Shown: piece by piece, positions 19,070 to 27,915 of the stretch
Numbering within the stretch: the stretch's first letter is position 1
How the letters are laid out: each line of letters opens with the position of its first letter
Source: an uncultured Methanosarcinales archaeon
GTDB taxonomy: Archaea; Nanobdellota; Nanobdellia; Woesearchaeales; JABMPP01
DNA length: 42,538 nt
Direction of reading: 5' to 3'
Assembly (NCBI GenBank): GCA_964604995.1
Contig: CAZSAD010000012.1
Coordinates: 1 to 42,538 of the forward strand
Notes under the pieces: model-generated
What the model was told of the DNA's origin: nothing
The model's database searches: none
The model's input: only the letters and a program-made list of their open reading frames with translations
Made by a program: the position numbers and the translations under genes

Positions 19070-19660
19070 ATGTCAGATTTAGAATTAAAACCTGAAATAC
19101 AAAGTAGAATAGAAAATATTGCCAAAAGTTACGGCTTTACAAAAATAAACTTTGACACACAATTTCCATTTGAAGGATTTAGAAATAATTTGGCTAGCAC
19201 TGGTCGTTCTAATGAAATAATTTACAGATTTTTATTCTTGAATCCTGCAACACAGTTTTATTCTATTGATAAAACTTTATTTGAAAAAGCAACTAAAGTT
19301 TTAACATTGCACGAGAAAACACATCATGACCCACCATTTAACTCAGATCCTTATGTTGATGATTATCTAGTACAACAACAAGCATGTAAAGAATGGGGAA
19401 ATCAAAAAGAAATGATGTTTCTTGATATTTTAACGTGTGAATATTCTAGAGTTAAACACTTATCTGAATCACAGATTGAAGATGAAGTAAACAAACATAT
19501 CAAAAAATATGTTTGGATTGATGATAAACTAAAATCAGAAGTTGGTCAAATTTTGTTTCAAAAGGAAAATTATAAGGAACGAAATTTAAAAAGAATATTA
19601 AGAGATGAAAACATTATACCTAAAGGAAAGAAATTCTTTTTTCTATCAAGTGTTAGATAG
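19070..19660 (+). CDS. Hypothetical protein with HExxH motif (possible zincin metallopeptidase)
   Basis: VLTLHEKTHH in a helical context. Confidence 0.6.
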   Translation: MSDLELKPEIQSRIENIAKSYGFTKINFDTQFPFEGFRNNLASTGRSNEIIYRFLFLNPATQFYSIDKTLFEKATKVLTLHEKTHHDPPFNSDPYVDDYLVQQQACKEWGNQKEMMFLDILTCEYSRVKHLSESQIEDEVNKHIKKYVWIDDKLKSEVGQILFQKENYKERNLKRILRDENIIPKGKKFFFLSSVR

Positions 19661-19687
19661 TACTGCGATATTATTATAAATATAAGT

Positions 19688-20449
19688 TTAGCTCATTCTT
19701 CCCAATTTGCCTTTTCTTTTAGCATAATTGTAACAGAAAGATAAGAAAAAAGATGCAAAAACTAACCAAACAATACTTGTTGTAATTAACATAAAATAAT
19801 CAATTGTGGCAAGACCAATTGTACTTTTTAAAACATTGAACCCGTGCACTGCTGGAATAAATTTTACAATATTTTGAAGTGTTTGTGGAAAAATTGTAAT
19901 GGGATAATAAACTCCGCTAAGTAAAACTAGCATGTCTGGAAAAATGTAAGCTGCTGTATAGGCATTATCATGATAGATGATTATTATTCCTAATGAAATT
20001 AAACCAAGTGCAATACCAAAAACACAGAGTACAAAAATTCCAAAAATGAACATTGGAATATTAACTAAGTAAAATCCCCAGACATAATACCCGATTATTA
20101 AATAAACTGTTAATACAAATAAAAATTTTAAAAATCCAGTTATTGCATTTCCTATTACGAATTCAAAAATTTTTATTGGTGAAATTATAAAATGGTTTAA
20201 TGAATGACTCCAATATTCTTCCATATAACTAGTTGTGATATCAATTTGCATATGGTAAACTGCTCTCCAGCCAGTTACGCCTAATATAACCATTGCAACA
20301 ACTTTACTGTCTGCTTGAACAAAGTTAACGAATAATGTAATTGAAAATAACAACATTAATGGCCAAACTGTCACATCAAATAATCTAAAGAAATTTCTAA
20401 GCAAAACGTAGTAATTCTTGTAAATTTGTGATTGTATTCTTTTTATCAT
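19688..20449 (-). CDS. ABC-2 type transporter permease
   Basis: Six TM segments; EEYWSHSLNHFIISP and LLSGVYYPITIFP motifs; overlaps the ATPase gene. Confidence 0.92.
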   Translation of the reverse strand: MIKRIQSQIYKNYYVLLRNFFRLFDVTVWPLMLLFSITLFVNFVQADSKVVAMVILGVTGWRAVYHMQIDITTSYMEEYWSHSLNHFIISPIKIFEFVIGNAITGFLKFLFVLTVYLIIGYYVWGFYLVNIPMFIFGIFVLCVFGIALGLISLGIIIIYHDNAYTAAYIFPDMLVLLSGVYYPITIFPQTLQNIVKFIPAVHGFNVLKSTIGLATIDYFMLITTSIVWLVFASFFLSFCYNYAKRKGKLGRMS

Positions 20450-21429
20450 TGCATTTCACTATTTTTAAGATTCGATTTTTTTATTTTGATTTGTTTATTT
20501 GTAATCTGCTTGTGAGTTAATTCTAAAAATGCTTCTTCCAAAGTTGGCTCAATTAATCTAACTGAATAAATAATGTGATTTGACTTTGACAAAAATGCCA
20601 TTACTTTTTTTACATAGCTATAGCTTTCAACTTTTACATGAACTACATCTTCGAAAACTTTGCTTGATAGAACAAATTTTTCTTTTGCAATTTGTGCTGC
20701 AAATGATTCAATGTCGTCGACTTCAACTTCAATTACCTTATCGACTTTTATTAGCTGTTTTATTTCTTCAACTGTCCCAAGTGCAATTATTTTTCCATGT
20801 GAAATTAAAGCAATCCTATCACATAATTCTTCAACCTCATACATATTATGGGTTGTAAGTAAAATTGTTGTGCCTTTTCTTTTAAGCTCTTTAATTAGTG
20901 CCCTAATTTTTATTGCGATATCGACATCTAAACCAACTGTTGGTTCATCTAGCAAAAGAACTTGTGGCTCATTTAGAAGAGCTTTTGCGAGCATTAAACG
21001 CTGCTTGTATCCTGAAGATAATTCTAGCGTTATTTGATCTTTTCTATCGAGCATATCTACTGCTTCGAGTGCGTTTTTTATTTTTTCATCGGCATTGGAA
21101 AGTTCGTAGAGTAAACAATAGTATTTTAAAAATTCTTGAACACTAAGACTCATTCCAATTCCAGTAAAACCGAGCATAAGATTAATTTTCTTTTTTATTT
21201 CGTGCAATTCTTTATCCATATCCATTCCTAGGATTTCAACTTTGCCGCTATCTTTTTCAAGCAAACTAGTTAAAATGCTGATTAATGTAGTTTTCCCTGC
21301 ACCATTAGGTCCAAGCAAACCAAAAATTTCACCTTTATTAATATTAAAATTAATATCATCTAAAGCTTTTACTTGATTTTTACCTTTTCTAAATGTTTTA
21401 CTTACATTTTTTATATTTACTACTTCCAT
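20446..21429 (-). CDS. ABC transporter ATP-binding protein (drug-exporter type)
   Basis: Walker A GPNGAGKT, signature LSSGYKQR, Walker B LLLDEPT, H-loop TTH. Confidence 0.95.
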   Translation of the reverse strand: MEVVNIKNVSKTFRKGKNQVKALDDINFNINKGEIFGLLGPNGAGKTTLISILTSLLEKDSGKVEILGMDMDKELHEIKKKINLMLGFTGIGMSLSVQEFLKYYCLLYELSNADEKIKNALEAVDMLDRKDQITLELSSGYKQRLMLAKALLNEPQVLLLDEPTVGLDVDIAIKIRALIKELKRKGTTILLTTHNMYEVEELCDRIALISHGKIIALGTVEEIKQLIKVDKVIEVEVDDIESFAAQIAKEKFVLSSKVFEDVVHVKVESYSYVKKVMAFLSKSNHIIYSVRLIEPTLEEAFLELTHKQITNKQIKIKKSNLKNSEMQ

Positions 21430-21529
21430 AAGAGTATAGACTATAAGGCTGATTTATAAATATTAGTTAGAATTAAAAAGGAAAATAGTATTAGGGATTT
21501 AAAAATGCAAATATAAAAAAGTTAAAAAA

Positions 21530-22081
21530 TTAAAAATTAAATAAGAACAATCTTAAAAAAATAGCAAGTAGTGATAAAATTATTATTGTTGTTTCTAATT
21601 CATCCCATTTTCCATTGTGGATTTTTTTCATTAGTATAAGCCATGAAATAAAATAAATTGATACACTTGCAAAAAGCCAATAATATAAGTAAGATTGCAT
21701 TGGTGTAAAAAATGCAGTTAACACCAAACCCATTTCTATTGATGCAAAGATGTAATGGATGTGCGCTTCTATTGTGAATTTGCTGTTATTTGAAAAAAAA
21801 CTTTGCTGCTCATTTTTCAAAACTGCTATTTTTTTGAAATTGTAATGCAACATGACATTTACTGTAAAACCAATTAACATTGAAGATACTAAAAGAATAA
21901 TATTAACGTCGATAATTAATGCAAATAAAATATTAAAAGGTACATAAAGCCAATCTGTGTACCAAAGAGCATAATTTTGTTTTAGAAATTTAAGGCGATT
22001 ATTTTTTCTTGCAAAATAATAAAGAGCAAAAAAATGCAAGAAAGGAATTGATGTTAATAATATGATGTATAATAAATCCAT
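21530..22081 (-). CDS. Integral membrane protein, unknown function
   Basis: About 6 hydrophobic segments, several His residues. Confidence 0.7.
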   Translation of the reverse strand: MDLLYIILLTSIPFLHFFALYYFARKNNRLKFLKQNYALWYTDWLYVPFNILFALIIDVNIILLVSSMLIGFTVNVMLHYNFKKIAVLKNEQQSFFSNNSKFTIEAHIHYIFASIEMGLVLTAFFTPMQSYLYYWLFASVSIYFISWLILMKKIHNGKWDELETTIIILSLLAIFLRLFLFNF

Positions 22082-22107
22082 TGTATCATCTCAAAATTAA
22101 ATAAGGT

Positions 22108-22437
22108 TTAATCAAATAGTGGGTCATAATCTTTTCTTTTAGTAAGTTTATATACTGGTGCATTCCTGTCCTCTCCACGAACTACAAAATGATCATCAAG
22201 TGTGAATACCTCTCCATTTATTATCACTGTATCAGGTATTTTTCCATCTGGAGTTTCTATTGTTTTGGAATAATGATCAATATCATCATATTTATTTGTC
22301 ATTATTATGATATTATGTATTCCACTTTGATTAGAAAATCTATCTTTCAATTGCTCAATACGTGCGTTTTCTCGCTTTTCTCTGTTTTTCACACTAAACA
22401 AACCTTCCGGATTGTTCACATCAAAAAAATCACTCAT
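22108..22437 (-). CDS. Hypothetical protein
   Basis: 109 aa with GGTGA SD upstream. Confidence 0.65.
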   Translation of the reverse strand: MSDFFDVNNPEGLFSVKNREKRENARIEQLKDRFSNQSGIHNIIIMTNKYDDIDHYSKTIETPDGKIPDTVIINGEVFTLDDHFVVRGEDRNAPVYKLTKRKDYDPLFD

Positions 22438-22536
22438 AAAAATTCACCATTCATTGAATAATTAGTTTCTATTTAAAAAGTTTATTGTTACTACTAGTAA
22501 ATAAGTAATTTTTATAATTTTATAAATGGATATAAT

Positions 22537-22549
22537 ATGCTCTGCCCGG
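22537..22549. repeat. 13-bp direct repeat of the tRNA-Glu 3' end (att-like)
   Basis: ATGCTCTGCCCGG, identical to 22598-22610. Confidence 0.8.
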
Positions 22550-22598
22550 CAAGAGAAATCTTATGATTTCTGGCGCCTGGCATTGCATTACTTAGTAA

Positions 22599-22701
22599 TG
22601 CTCTGCCCGGGATTTGAACCCGGGTCACAGCCTGACCCTGGATATATGGTCATATAACCCTCGAGAGGGCTGTATGATTGACCGGACTACACTAGCAGAG
22701 C
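22599..22701 (-). tRNA. tRNA-Glu(CUC) with a 28-nt canonical 37/38 intron (22634-22661); CCA not encoded
   Basis: Acceptor GCTCTGC/GCAGAGC-A; D arm GTGTAGTCCGGTCAATCAT; anticodon stem CAGCC/GGCTG with CT-CTC-G; T arm CCGGG-TTCAAAT-CCCGG; BHB with central helix CUCU/AGGG and 3-nt bulges CGA and UCA. Confidence 0.96.
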
Positions 22702-22830
22702 AGCAGATTTTTAACAAAAATCTGGTAAAAAACATGAAGGACATAAAGTCCTTCGATGCGATTTTTCTAAAACTTTGAATAATCGCGATTATTTATGTTT
22801 TATTTAACATCTCCACTTTTGATTAAATAA

Positions 22831-22952
22831 AGTTCGTACGACCGAGTAAAGCGAGTGTCGTACTTAAGTGCCGTATCAAACGAGGCTCCATTTGCTGACC
22901 TCAGCTGGCACGGAAGCTTGGGAGGTATTCACTTTGTTCAACCTCCCGAACT
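22831..22952. ncRNA. GC-rich four-way-junction structured element (ncRNA or ssDNA hairpin element), family unknown
   Basis: Closing stem AGTTC/GAACT encloses hairpins GTACGAC/GTCGTAC, GTGCC..GAGG/CCTC..GGCAC and GGGAGGT/ACCTCCC. Confidence 0.55.
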
Positions 22953-23164
22953 ACACTAACAGTGAGATTGCTTTAGTAAAAACTTTAGATTAAAGGAAAA
23001 TCCACCTTTAATAAAGTTTTGTGACATTTTAAAATAATTTACTTAAATAATTTATTTGTGAATTAAAACATAAGCTTTTTAAGCTTTCTAATCTAAAAAT
23101 TATAATTGAATATATTTCTGTAAAAAAAGAGATGAATAATAAATTGTTTGGAGGACTGATAAGT

Positions 23165-23572
23165 ATGGAAGCATTTTGCAAATGGGCAGATCATAATAAA
23201 GAGTGGGGCCCAGTAGTTTTAAGATTGATTTTAGGTTTGGTTTTTGTGGTTCATGGATATGGTAAATTAACATCATTAGACCAAACAATTGGATTTTTCA
23301 GTACACTTGGAATACCTGTGTTTTTAACATATCTTGTTGTTGCAGTTGAATTCCTTGGTGGATTAATGCTAGTTGCAGGATTTATGACAAGATTTGCATC
23401 AATTGCACTTGCAATAGTTATGATTGTTGCAATCATACTTGTCAAAGCAAGCAAAGGATTTAGTGCATTTGAATATGATTTAACTTTGCTTGGTTCATTA
23501 GTTGCTTTAATGCTACTTGGTTCGGGTAAGTATGCTCTTGAAAGCAAACTAAAAAAAAGCAAAAAGCACTAA
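23165..23572 (+). CDS. DoxX family membrane protein (start revised to 23165)
   Basis: LRLILGLVFVVHGYGKL, EFLGGLML..GFMTR, FEYDL, GSGKYALE; GGAGG SD before ATG 23165. Confidence 0.92.
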   Translation: MEAFCKWADHNKEWGPVVLRLILGLVFVVHGYGKLTSLDQTIGFFSTLGIPVFLTYLVVAVEFLGGLMLVAGFMTRFASIALAIVMIVAIILVKASKGFSAFEYDLTLLGSLVALMLLGSGKYALESKLKKSKKH

Positions 23573-23646
23573 GTCTAAATAATCTAAATTTTTATTTTTT
23601 TATTTTTGATATTAAGTGTTAAATTAAAGGTTGATGATTTTTTAAT

Positions 23647-24891
23647 TTAGAATTTTTTTCTGAAAAGTCCTTTAATTGTAAAATTCCAAAAGCTTGATAA
23701 TTTTTTTGTGCATGTAAAAAATTCAAAAGAGTAGATAGTTCTTTTGATTAACCAAACCATTTTACCAGAATATAATTTATTATTTATTGTGCCTAAGGCA
23801 TTTGCCTGCCCAAGTGAAATTAAAAACCCTTTAAGTTTAAATGAAAAAGGTGTTTGTTTTTTTCCTTTAATTTTATTGACCACATTTTCCGCTGCACTTT
23901 TGCCAGATGCTTTTGCACTTTGTGCTAACATAGGAATAAGATTATTGGTTATTGGATCAATTATTTTTGCAATATCTCCTGCTGCCCAGACATTCTCTAA
24001 ATTTTTTACTTGTAAAAATTCATCAACTTCAAAATAATCTTTGTCGGTTTTTATATTAAGAGTATTTGATCCATTTTCATATTCTATTTTAGATGGAATT
24101 ACACCTGCTGCTAAAAAAAGCATAGAAACTCCAAGTTTTTTATTTTCACCGTGCATTTCTATCTCAGCTTTACCCATCTCAAAATTAATAAATTTAGAAT
24201 TATAAATTATTTCAATATTTTTTTCTAAAAGTTTAGTGGTCACAGCTTGTCTTACTTCTTCAGTTGTATTTGGTAAAATTTTATCTGATTTTTCAAGCAA
24301 TTGTATTTTAATATGTTCCATTGCATTTTTATCGCCAAAGCTTGTAAAATAATTATTAAAAAAATCACTAACTTCGCATGCAACTTCTATTGCTGTAGCT
24401 CCTGCACCAATGAAAAGAATATGTATCTCTTTTTTAGCATTTTTTGATTCAACATATTTTGCAGCAAGCTCATTTAACCTTGTTTTAACTTCAATTGAAT
24501 CTTCAAGTGTTTTGACACTGTAAAATTTCTCTTTTTTTGATATTTTATTGCATGGCGCTAAATTAGTCATACTGCCCATTGCAATAAGAAGATAATCGTA
24601 AGAAACTTCGCCAATACTAGTATGCACTGATTTTTTTTCAAAATCTATTTTAATAATATCACCTTGTGCAAATTCAAAATTTTTTCTTTTGATTATTTTA
24701 TTTATTGGTTGGATAATTTCATTTTCATTTAGAAAACCTGCTGCTACTTCGTGCAAAAGAGGTGAAAAAATAAAATTGCTATTTTTAGAGATTAATGAAA
24801 CTGCATGTTCATTTTTATCTAATTTTTTTGCCAATATTTTGACCGCATTAACTCCTGCAAATCCTCCACCCAGAACTACAATTTTTGCCAT
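23647..24891 (-). CDS. ndh: Type II NADH dehydrogenase-like FAD-dependent oxidoreductase
   Basis: GGGFAG, FSPLLHEVA, YDYLLIAMGS, IGAGATAIEVACE, VWAAGD, PMLAQSA. Confidence 0.85.
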   Translation of the reverse strand: MAKIVVLGGGFAGVNAVKILAKKLDKNEHAVSLISKNSNFIFSPLLHEVAAGFLNENEIIQPINKIIKRKNFEFAQGDIIKIDFEKKSVHTSIGEVSYDYLLIAMGSMTNLAPCNKISKKEKFYSVKTLEDSIEVKTRLNELAAKYVESKNAKKEIHILFIGAGATAIEVACEVSDFFNNYFTSFGDKNAMEHIKIQLLEKSDKILPNTTEEVRQAVTTKLLEKNIEIIYNSKFINFEMGKAEIEMHGENKKLGVSMLFLAAGVIPSKIEYENGSNTLNIKTDKDYFEVDEFLQVKNLENVWAAGDIAKIIDPITNNLIPMLAQSAKASGKSAAENVVNKIKGKKQTPFSFKLKGFLISLGQANALGTINNKLYSGKMVWLIKRTIYSFEFFTCTKKLSSFWNFTIKGLFRKKF

Positions 24892-25011
24892 GTATAAATG
24901 ATGTTAATAAGTTGTATAAAAAGCTATTGTTAATATTAAAAAGTAAAGTATATTTGAAAATAATACCTATTGAAAATGAGTTATTTTTCAAAGTGTGTTA
25001 TTTTTCAAAAT

Positions 25012-25665
25012 TTAACTACCTTTGCCTTTATATCTACCCCTACTTTCCACAACATCCAATCTATTAATTGTTTCTTTGGCTCTTTTTGCAATTTCTTTAT
25101 AGCCTTCTAAACATAAAGCATAAGCTTTTTCCCAAACTTTACAGTGTTTTGATTCTAAGGCTTGCCTTAAAAGATGCAAATCAACTGCTTTATCTTCTAC
25201 TCTTTTTGAAAAATAACTTAATCCGAAATCAATAAGATAAACTTGTTTATTGTGATAAATCATATTAGATGTTGTAAGATCACCATGAATAATATTTTCA
25301 TTATGCAAAGTTGCTATTCTTTTACCTATCTCTTTGCAAATAACAACTCCATTTTTAGACCCATTAAGATTAGTATCTAAAATGTCTCTTACTTTTGGAC
25401 CAGATAAAAATTCAATTTCGAGTTTACCTTGTTTTGAATTTTCGAATAATATTTTTGGAGAAGGAAAATTTATTTCTGCTAATTTTTTTAGAATAGTTGA
25501 TTCTCTTTTTGTTCGTGTTGTTCTTAACTTGTCATCTATTTCTGCTATACGATAACTTTTTTTCTGGCGATATTTTAATATACCTTTTTCACTTTTTAGA
25601 ATTATTGCTTCAGCTCCACTTGCTATTATTTTTAGTTTATTGTTTGAGCAGTTTAATTGTGCCAT
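25012..25665 (-). CDS. bud32: KEOPS complex kinase Bud32 (standalone)
   Basis: SGAEA, KKSYR...RTKRE, IIHGDLTTSN, IDFGL, EDKAVDL, C-terminal RGRY. Confidence 0.95.
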   Translation of the reverse strand: MAQLNCSNNKLKIIASGAEAIILKSEKGILKYRQKKSYRIAEIDDKLRTTRTKRESTILKKLAEINFPSPKILFENSKQGKLEIEFLSGPKVRDILDTNLNGSKNGVVICKEIGKRIATLHNENIIHGDLTTSNMIYHNKQVYLIDFGLSYFSKRVEDKAVDLHLLRQALESKHCKVWEKAYALCLEGYKEIAKRAKETINRLDVVESRGRYKGKGS

Positions 25666-25737
25666 AAAAATACTAAATAGGGATGAATATAAAAAAGTTA
25701 AGAAAAATAAAAAAAATACAAATAAAAAAATACCTTT

Positions 25738-26910
25738 CTAAATTTTGATAAACTTGCTACCCCCACTTGTGTCTCGTGGGACATTTTTATTTAACACTTG
25801 CCTAACAAATGGCTTTTCTTTCCACTTCAATTTTGCTAATTGGTCGTGGATTAACCTTAGTTGTCTATGTTCTGGTGGAGGAACAGTGTTTATAATCTCG
25901 GTTAAGGGTTGCCCAACAATTGGTACTCTAACATCTTTTACTAAAGGTTGTTCAACAGGTACTTTTTTTATTACAATTTCAACAGCATCTAAACCCCCAA
26001 CAAATTTAAATTTCACGTGTGCATCTACTCTTCTAGCTGAACCCATTGTGTCAATTAAAAGTTTGTAAAATTTTGGAAATCTAAGTTGTAAGCTTCTAAT
26101 CCCCAAAGTAAATCTATGATTTTCATCAACATCTCCTTTAGTTAATTTAGATAAATTTACTGGCACCCAGTTAGTATCAATATTTTTTTCTTTTTCATAT
26201 AATCTTTTGATTATTCGATTGTAAATATTTGCAGCTTTAATAACACAATCTTCATTGTAAATAATTTTTGTTTTGGTAACTTGTGGATTCCAAATAACTT
26301 TAATTTTCCCATTACCAAATAAATCATTAATTACTTGACTAAATGCAATTTCCATCTCTTTATTATATTGATGTCCCCGTTTTTGGCCTAAATTACTGTT
26401 GTCCTTTTCTGTTCCTTCACAGCTAGTTGTTGGAATGATATCGCCCCTAACAATAATTGTCCCTCCAAAAGTGTAGAACCATTTTGCAAAATCTTCTTTT
26501 GTTTTGAAAATGTGTTTAAATGAAGAATCAAGTGAGCTGTAAGATTCATCAATCGCTTTAAGTAATGCATGTTGTGTTAATTGTTTAGTATAGTCTTGAA
26601 TTTGATTTTCAGATACTGCCATTCCTTCCTTGTTATCAAATTTATAACTCCAGTTGAATGGTGCAATATGTGGCATTCTAAAGTTTACATTTACTGGAAC
26701 AACTTTTGAAATATGACTAGCTTCAAAACGAGGTAACCTAGAAGGATTTTGTGCTAGATATTTTTCAATTTGTTCGGGAGTTCCTGCAATAATTTCTGAC
26801 TCATTATTTTTTTCATCCAAAAAAATAGATGCGTGATTTAAAATTGTTGCACTCAAAGGAATTAACATGATTTTTCCAGTTTTATTCAAAAACCAATCAA
26901 AAACTGACAT
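25738..26910 (-). CDS. Hypothetical protein
   Basis: 390-aa ORF with a strong GAGGTGA SD; no recognised motif. Confidence 0.75.
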   Translation of the reverse strand: MSVFDWFLNKTGKIMLIPLSATILNHASIFLDEKNNESEIIAGTPEQIEKYLAQNPSRLPRFEASHISKVVPVNVNFRMPHIAPFNWSYKFDNKEGMAVSENQIQDYTKQLTQHALLKAIDESYSSLDSSFKHIFKTKEDFAKWFYTFGGTIIVRGDIIPTTSCEGTEKDNSNLGQKRGHQYNKEMEIAFSQVINDLFGNGKIKVIWNPQVTKTKIIYNEDCVIKAANIYNRIIKRLYEKEKNIDTNWVPVNLSKLTKGDVDENHRFTLGIRSLQLRFPKFYKLLIDTMGSARRVDAHVKFKFVGGLDAVEIVIKKVPVEQPLVKDVRVPIVGQPLTEIINTVPPPEHRQLRLIHDQLAKLKWKEKPFVRQVLNKNVPRDTSGGSKFIKI

Positions 26911-27189
26911 TTTTTCACCTCATGCCTACTACGGATAAGTTTTACTTAACAAATTGCAACTATAAATATTTTTCTTAAAAACAAATCAGCTTAAAAATTG
27001 TACAAAAATCCCTTAAAAAAAAATTTGAGTCCCTCTTAAAAAATTTCAAACCAATAAAATTTAAATACTAGTCCGAATGCACTGTTTTGAATAAAAAATT
27101 AATAAAAAAATAAAATAAAGGATTTATTAATTTATTAAATTAAAATATCAAAACTAAATATCGAAGTTATATAATAGGAGGTAATTAAA

Positions 27190-27807
27190 GTGAGTGATAT
27201 TATTCCAACAAAGATGTGGTTTACAAAAGGAGTTGGGGTGCATAAAGATAGATTAGCATCCTTTGAGATGGCATTAAGGCAAGCTGGAATTGCTATTACA
27301 AATCTTGTTACAGTATCCAGTATTTTTCCGCCAAATTGCAAAATTATACCAAAAGAAGAAGGAATTAAATTAATTAAACCTGGCCAAATACTTTTTTGTG
27401 TTATGGCAAGATCAGAAACCAATGAGCCAAATAGATTAATTAGTGCAGCAATTGGACTTGCAACACCAAAAGAGCCAGAACAACATGGTTATCTTTCAGA
27501 ACACCACGGCCACGGAGAAAAAGCAGAAAAAAGCGGAGAATACGCTGAAGATTTAGCTGCAACAATGCTTGCAACAACATTAGGATTAGAATTTGATTCA
27601 AATCTTGCATGGGAAGAAAGAGAACAAGTTTACAAATCATCTGGAAAAATTTTCAAAACAACAAATATTGTGCAAAGCGCTGAAGGAAATAAAGATGGCC
27701 TTTGGACAAGTGTTATTTCAGTTGCTGTACTTGTAACTAGTGATGATAATTGTCACCACATACCTTCACCAAGGGCAGCTGAGCAAACAACAATTGCTCC
27801 AAGATGA
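27190..27807 (+). CDS. pdaD: Pyruvoyl-dependent arginine decarboxylase
   Basis: [21 protein letters not shown] (Ser-Ser self-cleavage site), [19 protein letters not shown] start with GGAGGT SD. Confidence 0.95.
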   Translation: MSDIIPTKMWFTKGVGVHKDRLASFEMALRQAGIAITNLVTVSSIFPPNCKIIPKEEGIKLIKPGQILFCVMARSETNEPNRLISAAIGLATPKEPEQHGYLSEHHGHGEKAEKSGEYAEDLAATMLATTLGLEFDSNLAWEEREQVYKSSGKIFKTTNIVQSAEGNKDGLWTSVISVAVLVTSDDNCHHIPSPRAAEQTTIAPR

Positions 27808-27915
27808 TAATTTTATTTTTTTAATTTATTTTTATAAAATTTATTTGTTTAATGTTTCGAAAAAAATAATATTTTTTGAATAAGATTTTTAACTAGAGAA
27901 TATATTTCAAATAAA

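Noticed and set aside
19640..19660. The HExxH protein ends in SVR*, like the two tandem paralogues
   Set aside because: Only three residues match and there is no upstream similarity; probably chance.
22831..22970. 5S rRNA, SRP RNA, HDV/theta ribozyme or a second functional tRNA
   Set aside because: The 5S-like words CCCGAAC and CACGGAAG are in the wrong order; there is no SRP helix 8 consensus; the HDV pseudoknot could not be built; there is no TTCRA T-loop or clean acceptor stem.
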